From Acetofilamentum sp. (GTDB taxonomy: Bacteria > Bacteroidota > Bacteroidia > Bacteroidales > DYOH01): 64,000 bases of DNA. The notes beneath the pieces were generated by a model. The model did not search any database. It worked only from the letters and a program-made list of their open reading frames with translations, and was not told where the DNA came from. Location of the stretch: the NCBI GenBank assembly GCA_020720625.1, contig DYOH01000005.1, positions 12,943 to 76,942 of the forward strand, given 5' to 3'. The position numbers and the translations under genes are program-made. Positions 48,956-56,170 of the stretch are shown here, piece after piece. The first letter of the stretch is position 1, and every line of letters starts with the position of its first letter.

Positions 48956-51900
48956 ACTATCGCCATATCCCGGGCTTAGACCATTTACCGAAGAAGAATC
49001 TATATTCTTCAAAGGAAGGGATACGCATATCCGAAAAATTGTGCAACAACTCGAAGAGCGTAAAATTATCATCATCACTGGCGCTTCGGGCGACGGAAAA
49101 TCATCGTTGGTTTATGCAGGTGTTATTCCGGCAGCCAGAGCCGGATTTTTTAGAACCCAATTCAACAATTGGCTTATTTGCGATTTTAGACCAGAACGTT
49201 CGCCACTCGACAATTTAGCGCTTACACTTTCCGAAAACTTAAAGATTGACTTTAAAAACGTTAGAGATGAGTTAGACTTTGGTTTTTCTTCGCTTATTGA
49301 TGTATACAAAAAATCGGATTTCTACAAGGATGCCAACAATAATGATGGTAAAGGCGCCAATTTGTTCATACTGGCAGATCAATTCGAAGAATTTTTCACA
49401 AACCCAGAAAACTATTCCGACGGAAAAGCATCGGCCGAGGCCTATACTGCGGTTAACTTGTTATTGGAAACAGGCCGGATTGCATTAGCCGAAAACTTAC
49501 CTGTTTATGTTGTTTTTACCATGAGATCTGATTTTATTAGTCAGAGTGTGGTTTTTAAAGGACTACCTGAGATGATAGGATTTTCGCAGTTCTTTGTGCC
49601 TCGCCTAAAAAGACACGAATTGCAGATGGTTATCGAAGATCCGGCAAAGCTGGCAGGAGGAAAAATATCGGCACGTTTAACCCAAGTACTCATAAACGAA
49701 CTTCCGGATGGATTCGACCAGTTGCCACTTCTGCAACATGCGCTTAATAGACTATGGATTGAAGCAAAACATGGAAAAGAAGAACTTGATTTTATTCATT
49801 TAGCCCAAATTGGCGGATTTGATCGCGATATGCTTGAAGCTCAAGATCAGAATACTTACGACACTTTCTTTAACTCGCTGGATAACAAAACTAAAACATA
49901 TTTTCAAAATCCCAAATTTACCAATATTCTTAATCTCCACGCCAATTTCTTGTACGATCAGGCCTACGAATATGTAAAAAAACTAAATTGGCTCAAAGAA
50001 AAACCAACAAGAGAAGAAACCGATTTAATTCTGCGCACTGCTTTTAAATCGCTTACCAAAATTGATAATGGCAGAGCCGTGCGAAACAGAGTAGAATTAT
50101 CAGAAATAAAATATATAATTAACAAAAAACACGTTTCAACCGAAACGGTTTGCGCGGTACTGAATATTTTCCGATTACCCGGAAGCACTTTTGTAAAACC
50201 CTTTATCAACGAAAAAGATATAGAATCGGAAATACTGCCAACTAAACAGGTTTTGGATATTACCCACGAGGCCTTAATAAGAAACTGGCAGCTTTTGCAC
50301 CAATGGGGAGTAGAGGAATTAGGCTATTTATCAGACTACGAAGATTTAAAAATTCAGCTATTGAGGTGGATTGAGAATAATCAGAAAAAAAGCTATTTGC
50401 TAAACCTTGGTACCTTAAGCTATTTCGAAAACTGGTTTGAGAAAGCAAAACCAAACGATTTCTGGATAGCCAAAAACGAAAATTGGGCACTTCCGACCAA
50501 TGAAAAAAGGAAAAAGGCGAAAGACGTATTCGAACATATTGTTGATTTTTTAAAGCAAAGCAAAAATCATCTAGAACATCAGGCTGCCTCGAAAAGAAAG
50601 CTGCGAATAATTCTATTTACTGCATCCATTCTTGCCATTTTAGCACTTTCAGGATTATCAATTTGGGCACTGAACGAAAAAAGTTTTGCACAAAAACAAC
50701 AGCAAATAGCTGCAAACCAAAGCAAGATAGCATTAGAAGAAAAAGAAAAAGCAATCATAGCCCAAAAAACGGCCGAAGAACAAAGAATTCTGGCCATGGA
50801 TAATGAAAAAAAAGCCACAATGGCCAAACTCGCATCGGATAGTGCCCGTCAGGAAGCAATTTTTGCCAGAGCATTAGCCGAAGAGCAAAAAATTATAGCG
50901 CAGTTAGAAACTGAAAATGCATTAAAACAAAAAACTATAGCGCAAAATGAGCGAGTGATAGCCGAAGAACAAAAAAAAATAGCCGAAACACAACGAAAAA
51001 GAGCAATCTCAGCATCCGATAGCGCACAAAAACTTTCATATCTGGCTCTTGCTCAAACACTTGCATACAAAGTTAAAACCAAATTCGACGATGTTCAGCT
51101 AAATCTTTTGGTAGCTTATCAGGCCTTTTTATTTAACAAAAATGCCGGAGGATTCGAGTTTGATCCTGTAATTTTTGAAGGCTTAAAATATGCTGCCGAA
51201 CTTACCGAAAACGAATCGGAACTGGCCAAAAGTTACAATTTCTCTAACGAAATTCTTGCAACCAGAATTATTAATAAAGATAAAATTCTCATTTTATACA
51301 CCAATGGCACTATGGCAGAGCTCGACGCCAAACATAAAGTAGTAAAAACTACAAATCTGCTGGAAAAAAATGATGAACTTATTAGCAGTGCCTTTATCAT
51401 TAACGATTCTCTATTGGTAATATCTTTTGATAACTACGTAAATAGGCTAAACGATTTCAAGAATGAAAAAAAATATACTATAGAAGGACATACCAATTAT
51501 ATAAGAACTGCAACCTACGTGCCGGCCTACAAAGCCATTATTACCGGCGGACGTGATAATAAACTAAGTTATTCGGAGTTTACGAAGAACAAACTAAAAA
51601 ATATTCACCAAAATAATCTCCCGGATAAAATAAAAACCATTGACTATGGAAAATCTGATAACGAAGTTTGGATTGGACTTCAAAACGGAGATATTTATAC
51701 TTACCATCTTGGCAAAAACGAATTAGTTAAAATCAAGTCTTTTAAAGATGTCAGAGTAAACACTCTAAAGATAATGAATAACTCAAATTATGTTGTAGCA
51801 GGTCTATCCAATGGGCACCTAGTGTTTTTCAACAAACAATTAAAAACCATTGAAAACGATTTGTTTGTGAGTTATGCAGAAATTAACTCCCTAAGCATTG

Positions 51901-52208
51901 CAGAGCAGGAAGATATAATTGCTATTGGACTTGCCGACAACACCGTTAGGATATATCAAACAAATGCTTTAGGCGAAAAACCCATAATCATCAGCGGAAA
52001 ATTTGAGCATATTGATGATATTCAACTAAGTACAGAAAACAGTATTATGCTATTGGATAATAGAAAAAAAATGATGTATTATTTCTTAACGCCAAACGAT
52101 TATGCCGAATTTGTAAAAGAAAAAATTTCGCGAAACTTTTCAACAAAAGAATGGAACTCTATTGTTGGAAAAAATGTACCTTTCGAAAAAACAATTAATC
52201 ATTTTTAA
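48948..52208 (+). CDS. STAND-class P-loop NTPase (nSTAND/NACHT-like) - single TM helix - coiled coil - WD40-like beta-propeller
   Basis: N-terminal SPYPGLRPFTEEESIFFKGRD. Walker A GASGDGKSS (nt 49080-49106). Walker B LFILADQFEEFF (D144 at nt 49377-49379). One TM, IILFTASILAILALSGLSIWAL (nt ~50607-50672), preceded by KRKLR. An AEEQ(R/K)-repeat coiled coil follows (~50685-51047). WD40-like repeats come last (EGHTNYIRTATYVP..ITGGRDNKL; VAGLSNGHLVFF; IGLADNTVRIYQ). Confidence 0.85.
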   Translation: MIELSPYPGLRPFTEEESIFFKGRDTHIRKIVQQLEERKIIIITGASGDGKSSLVYAGVIPAARAGFFRTQFNNWLICDFRPERSPLDNLALTLSENLKIDFKNVRDELDFGFSSLIDVYKKSDFYKDANNNDGKGANLFILADQFEEFFTNPENYSDGKASAEAYTAVNLLLETGRIALAENLPVYVVFTMRSDFISQSVVFKGLPEMIGFSQFFVPRLKRHELQMVIEDPAKLAGGKISARLTQVLINELPDGFDQLPLLQHALNRLWIEAKHGKEELDFIHLAQIGGFDRDMLEAQDQNTYDTFFNSLDNKTKTYFQNPKFTNILNLHANFLYDQAYEYVKKLNWLKEKPTREETDLILRTAFKSLTKIDNGRAVRNRVELSEIKYIINKKHVSTETVCAVLNIFRLPGSTFVKPFINEKDIESEILPTKQVLDITHEALIRNWQLLHQWGVEELGYLSDYEDLKIQLLRWIENNQKKSYLLNLGTLSYFENWFEKAKPNDFWIAKNENWALPTNEKRKKAKDVFEHIVDFLKQSKNHLEHQAASKRKLRIILFTASILAILALSGLSIWALNEKSFAQKQQQIAANQSKIALEEKEKAIIAQKTAEEQRILAMDNEKKATMAKLASDSARQEAIFARALAEEQKIIAQLETENALKQKTIAQNERVIAEEQKKIAETQRKRAISASDSAQKLSYLALAQTLAYKVKTKFDDVQLNLLVAYQAFLFNKNAGGFEFDPVIFEGLKYAAELTENESELAKSYNFSNEILATRIINKDKILILYTNGTMAELDAKHKVVKTTNLLEKNDELISSAFIINDSLLVISFDNYVNRLNDFKNEKKYTIEGHTNYIRTATYVPAYKAIITGGRDNKLSYSEFTKNKLKNIHQNNLPDKIKTIDYGKSDNEVWIGLQNGDIYTYHLGKNELVKIKSFKDVRVNTLKIMNNSNYVVAGLSNGHLVFFNKQLKTIENDLFVSYAEINSLSIAEQEDIIAIGLADNTVRIYQTNALGEKPIIISGKFEHIDDIQLSTENSIMLLDNRKKMMYYFLTPNDYAEFVKEKISRNFSTKEWNSIVGKNVPFEKTINHF

Positions 52209-52218
52209 GTATCTTAAA

Positions 52219-53238
52219 ATGAAAAATATATTTATAATATTTGTTGTGTTTACCTTTTTTTCTAAACCAATTCTGGCTCAAGAAATAAGCGATTTAGACT
52301 TAAAAAGCGCCATAGGTTATTACGAAGAAGGAAGATTCGACAACACAATTCAACAATTAAAAAACAAAGACTTTAGAGCTTCAGAAAAAGAAAACAAATC
52401 AATCGCATATAAATATCTTGCGGCGGCTTATTATGCTATAGATGAACTAGAAACAGCAGATTCGCTGATGGTTGAATTTTTAAAACTGAATCCACTATAT
52501 AAAGAAAATAAAAATACCGATCCGGCCGAATTCAGCAGAAGAATGAAGCGCTTTAAAATCTATCCCAAATTAGGAATAAGTCTAAAACTAGGAGTAAACA
52601 GAACAAATGTTACCATTAGTCAAAGTAATACGCTTTCTCAGTCTGCTGTTTACAACAAGCCCTATATAAGCAAACCGGGATTGAATATATATTTAGGTAT
52701 GGAGCAACGGCTATTTTCAAATTTGTATTTAGATTTTGGAACAGGCCTGCAAACCATGGGCTATACACGCACAATTGAATACGCAAATCGTCCGTCAGCA
52801 GTAAATTTCCAATTTCAGGAAGACTTAAACCGTTTTGAAATATCTGCCGGTTTAAGCTACAAACTATTTATCCGGAATTTTGTAATAAATACCGGCGTAG
52901 GCACAGGAGCACTTTATAATAGAAGTGTCGTAAAAACAAATTATGCTGCCGCCGACCCACAATTAAACGAGGAAAATGTTTATCTGTCGAAAAACCGACT
53001 CGAATTTAACGCCCGTCATTATGCAAATATACGATTGGGCTACCAACTAGGAAACATTGAGTACTTTACTGATTTTACCTACAAAACAGACCTTATATCT
53101 CCGGTAATCGACATTTATTACCCCGAATGGTACTACCCGATGTTTTATGTAGATGACATTTTTTTTCTGAAAAATATGCAATTTACTGCAGGTATTAATT
53201 TGAGAATTAGATATAAAGTAAAAAACCGCTATGAATAA
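52219..53238 (+). CDS. Outer-membrane beta-barrel protein with N-terminal TPR-like periplasmic module
   Basis: Signal peptide MKNIFIIFVVFTFFSKPILAQE. A helical module follows (AIGYYEEGRFDNTIQQL...YKYLAAAYYAIDELETADSLM). Then come alternating hydrophobic/polar beta-strands (LGISLKLGVNRT, LNIYLGMEQRL, FEISAGLSYKLF, MQFTAGINLRIRYKV). The start is taken at 52219, 10 nt after the STAND stop. Confidence 0.68.
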   Translation: MKNIFIIFVVFTFFSKPILAQEISDLDLKSAIGYYEEGRFDNTIQQLKNKDFRASEKENKSIAYKYLAAAYYAIDELETADSLMVEFLKLNPLYKENKNTDPAEFSRRMKRFKIYPKLGISLKLGVNRTNVTISQSNTLSQSAVYNKPYISKPGLNIYLGMEQRLFSNLYLDFGTGLQTMGYTRTIEYANRPSAVNFQFQEDLNRFEISAGLSYKLFIRNFVINTGVGTGALYNRSVVKTNYAAADPQLNEENVYLSKNRLEFNARHYANIRLGYQLGNIEYFTDFTYKTDLISPVIDIYYPEWYYPMFYVDDIFFLKNMQFTAGINLRIRYKVKNRYE

Positions 53239-54481
53239 ATTAATCGCATACAGTATTATTTTACCGGCCATGGCAATTATCATGCAATCTTGCTTCCCAG
53301 ATAATAATACAGAGATACCAACAACCGAGGAGAAGGGTGTTATAGCATTTGAATATTCCCCATTTTTACCTCCTTTAAAAACAGATTCGGGTTATATTTT
53401 TATAAACAACGATTTTAATCTTATAGAAATTAGTAACAAAGGTTATCATTACATCCTTAATGATTATTCTTCTTTTTTTACTGATGCCCAACAAATAATA
53501 AACGATGGCGGAAGCGTACAATTTCAAAAGTCCAAATTACCCGATGATTATCTCATTTACACTATAAGTAAAAATGCACTTTCTCCCGACTACAGCCAAG
53601 TTAATATACTTAAAATTAATCAATTAGGAACTATCAACGCATTTTTTACCGTAAATATTCAAGCGGTAGATTCCATAAATAGAATTGATACCATATATAA
53701 TCGCGATTTTGTTGAACTAAATGTAATGTCGGATAAAATATGGATTGCCTTTTCGCTTAGCATTGATAAAATGCCTCAAAAGAAAAGATACTTAGAATTT
53801 TTGGTTTATAATTTTAGCGATAGTTTATTATTGGATACCATATTAGCAACAAACTCAAATCAAAAGCCGCTAAAAATTATTCAAAACAATCAGTCACTAG
53901 TATTCTTAAACACCGAATTTAGTCCACAAGGACCAAAACTTGTGATGAGAACAATAGATGGCAACTATAATTTAACCGACAGCGCATTTATAAGTATTCC
54001 TGCTACAGAAATTTATTATACAAACTTTTTGCCCAACAATAATTATTTCTTTGCAGGAATTGAAAATCAAGAATTTAGCGATGCAACGAGCCAGAAAAAC
54101 TTTGTTGCCGAAATAAGTCCCACAGGAGAATTACTTTTATATAAAAATAATTTTAACTATAACTACTTATTTTTTTATGATGTAGTAAAAGTAGATGATG
54201 GGTATTTATCGTGCGGCTTATACTCTATAAATCAAAGTTTTCCTTCTTGGACCGCCATTAAGGAACTTACCGGAACAGCTTATTTTCTAGGATATTTCAA
54301 CAATACCACAGATTCGCTTATTATGGCCAACACCACTGCTTATGGAACATCGCTTAGCACCGGCTTGCATAAAACTGAAAACGGATACACCCTGCTTAAC
54401 TATATGTCATTTATCGACAATCCGTTGAGCGAAACGTATTTATGGTTATATAAATTAAACAAAGATTTTAAAATCGAATAA
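53231..54481 (+). CDS. Hypothetical lipoprotein (beta-rich)
   Basis: Lipoprotein-type signal MNKLIAYSIILPAMAIIMQSC. There is an 8-nt overlap (ATGAATAA) with the upstream gene. I recognise no family. Confidence 0.68.
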   Translation: MNKLIAYSIILPAMAIIMQSCFPDNNTEIPTTEEKGVIAFEYSPFLPPLKTDSGYIFINNDFNLIEISNKGYHYILNDYSSFFTDAQQIINDGGSVQFQKSKLPDDYLIYTISKNALSPDYSQVNILKINQLGTINAFFTVNIQAVDSINRIDTIYNRDFVELNVMSDKIWIAFSLSIDKMPQKKRYLEFLVYNFSDSLLLDTILATNSNQKPLKIIQNNQSLVFLNTEFSPQGPKLVMRTIDGNYNLTDSAFISIPATEIYYTNFLPNNNYFFAGIENQEFSDATSQKNFVAEISPTGELLLYKNNFNYNYLFFYDVVKVDDGYLSCGLYSINQSFPSWTAIKELTGTAYFLGYFNNTTDSLIMANTTAYGTSLSTGLHKTENGYTLLNYMSFIDNPLSETYLWLYKLNKDFKIE

Positions 54482-55678
54482 ATGATGCTGATTACCATTG
54501 GAGTATTAGGATTTTTGCTCATAATAGCTATTTTGTTTATTATCTTTGTGGGTGATTTTAAAAAAGCAGGGGAGATATACGTACAAAACAAACCTGCCTA
54601 CAAAATTTCGGATATTTCAAATACATCGCTCTCCTTTGACGACGAACAACTTAAAGATGAATTGAAACGCCAAGGAATACTTATCGAAGAATTAAATAGG
54701 CGAATACAAGAAAACACATCAAAAACAGTTTCCCATAAAAAAGAATCAGCATCTGATTTATCAAAAGAAATGATTGATTTGGCTCGTCAGACTCAAATTT
54801 TGGAGCAGGAAAAAGTATTATTTATAGAAAAAAACAAAAAACTTTGGGAACAAAGTGTGGCCATACATAAAGAAAAAGAACGGATTGACAGCATAAAATC
54901 GGAAATAGAAGCGCGACACAAAGAAATCGTTGACAGTATTAATTACGCACAAACTATTCAGAAAGCAATTGTTACAGGAAAAAAATACCTGGACACCTTA
55001 TTAACGGATTATTTTATTTTGTGGTTGCCAAAAAATGTGGTAAGCGGAGATTTTTATTGGGCCAAAGAAACTCCCAAAGGTTTAATGCTCATTGTTGCAG
55101 ATTGCACCGGTCATGGGGTTCCGGGTGCATTTATGAGCCTTTTGGGAATATCGTTTCTAAATCAGATTGTATCGCAAAACAGCAATATAGAGCCGGCGGA
55201 ACTCCTGGAAGAGATGAGAAAAAATGTAAAATCGGCCTTGCACCAAAACGACAATTCATTTACAAACAAAGATGGAATGGATATGTCGTGCGTTTTAATC
55301 GATTATCAAACAAAAAAAATAGTTTTTGCTGGTGCTAATAATCCAGGATGGATATTTCACGAACAAGAAATGATAGAGTTAGATGCGGTTAAAAATCCAA
55401 TAGGTGTTTTTCGCCGGGAAAAACCGTTCGAACAAGCTGAATATCAATACACTAAAAATGATATTTTGTATTTATTCTCCGATGGTTATGCCGACCAATT
55501 TGGCGGAAAACAAAATACAAAACTTAAGCGACAATCGTTTAAAACTTTTCTGCTCGAGGTTTCGTCGCAAAAACTAAAAATGAGCTCCATACAAGAATTA
55601 GCTCACGAATTTTTCCTTATGTGGAAAGGAAAAAACAAACAAACTGACGATGTTATTCTTATGGGCATAAGACTATAA
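54482..55678 (+). CDS. Membrane-anchored PP2C-type (SpoIIE/RsbU-like) serine phosphatase with coiled coil
   Basis: N-terminal TM LITIGVLGFLLIIAILFIIFV followed by KK, then a coiled coil. PP2C motifs are VSGDFYW, VADCTGHGVPGAFMS, DGMDMS, SDGYADQFGG and TDDVILMGIRL. The ATG directly abuts the upstream TAA. Confidence 0.85.
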   Translation: MMLITIGVLGFLLIIAILFIIFVGDFKKAGEIYVQNKPAYKISDISNTSLSFDDEQLKDELKRQGILIEELNRRIQENTSKTVSHKKESASDLSKEMIDLARQTQILEQEKVLFIEKNKKLWEQSVAIHKEKERIDSIKSEIEARHKEIVDSINYAQTIQKAIVTGKKYLDTLLTDYFILWLPKNVVSGDFYWAKETPKGLMLIVADCTGHGVPGAFMSLLGISFLNQIVSQNSNIEPAELLEEMRKNVKSALHQNDNSFTNKDGMDMSCVLIDYQTKKIVFAGANNPGWIFHEQEMIELDAVKNPIGVFRREKPFEQAEYQYTKNDILYLFSDGYADQFGGKQNTKLKRQSFKTFLLEVSSQKLKMSSIQELAHEFFLMWKGKNKQTDDVILMGIRL

Positions 55679-56170
55679 GCTGGTGAAATCGAAATCTAGC
55701 GCCCTATGGCCAGTAAATTCGAAAAAAAGATACAAATCTTTTCCCGATATTTTTACAGTAGCCGTATTATCATTAGGGTGAAATAAAAGTGCATCTGCAT
55801 ACTTAAGTTGCATATCTACAATTAGTTCTACTTTATTGTCTTTGTCGTTAATAAGCCCAAATGGAGAAACTGCCCCGGGAGTTAAAGCCAGATGCTTAAA
55901 CAAGCGCTCAGGCGAAGCAAAGGTAAAGTGCTGATTCTCAATTTTTTTCTTTAATAATTTCAACGAGAATTCGGTATCATGTTTCAGGATAACCAAAAAA
56001 TGTCTATCTCCTTTATTATTTCTTAGAAACAAATTCTTACATGCCCAAGCATCAATATTTTGCCAGTATTTCATGGCATCCTCTATTGTAGGAAGCGCTT
56101 GGTGTGCATAAAAATCAAATTTTATATTCAGCTTTTGGAGTAGTTCCAACACATTCTCTATATTTGTCAT
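55673..56170 (-). CDS. YbaK/ProX-type aminoacyl-tRNA(Pro) trans-editing deacylase-like protein
   Basis: 165 aa. KNLFLRNNKGDRHFLVIL and PGAVSPFGL are motifs of the ProRS-INS/YbaK superfamily. Its ATGA start overlaps the upstream SpoIIE gene stop. Confidence 0.82.
   Translation of the reverse strand: MTNIENVLELLQKLNIKFDFYAHQALPTIEDAMKYWQNIDAWACKNLFLRNNKGDRHFLVILKHDTEFSLKLLKKKIENQHFTFASPERLFKHLALTPGAVSPFGLINDKDNKVELIVDMQLKYADALLFHPNDNTATVKISGKDLYLFFEFTGHRALDFDFTSL

Noticed and set aside
50685-51047. Repetitive AEEQ(R/K)..A / IAQ.. region inside the STAND gene. I considered it as a DNA tandem repeat or a hypervariable cassette.
   Set aside because: The repetition is at the heptad/coiled-coil amino-acid level, and the DNA units are not identical or regularly phased. 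It is best explained as a coiled-coil stalk.
52162-52218. ORF-track start of the OM barrel gene, overlapping the STAND gene by 47 nt.
   Set aside because: The internal ATG at 52219 gives a textbook signal peptide (MKNIFIIFVVFTFFSKPILAQE) and a 10-nt intergenic gap. The extension would bury the signal peptide.
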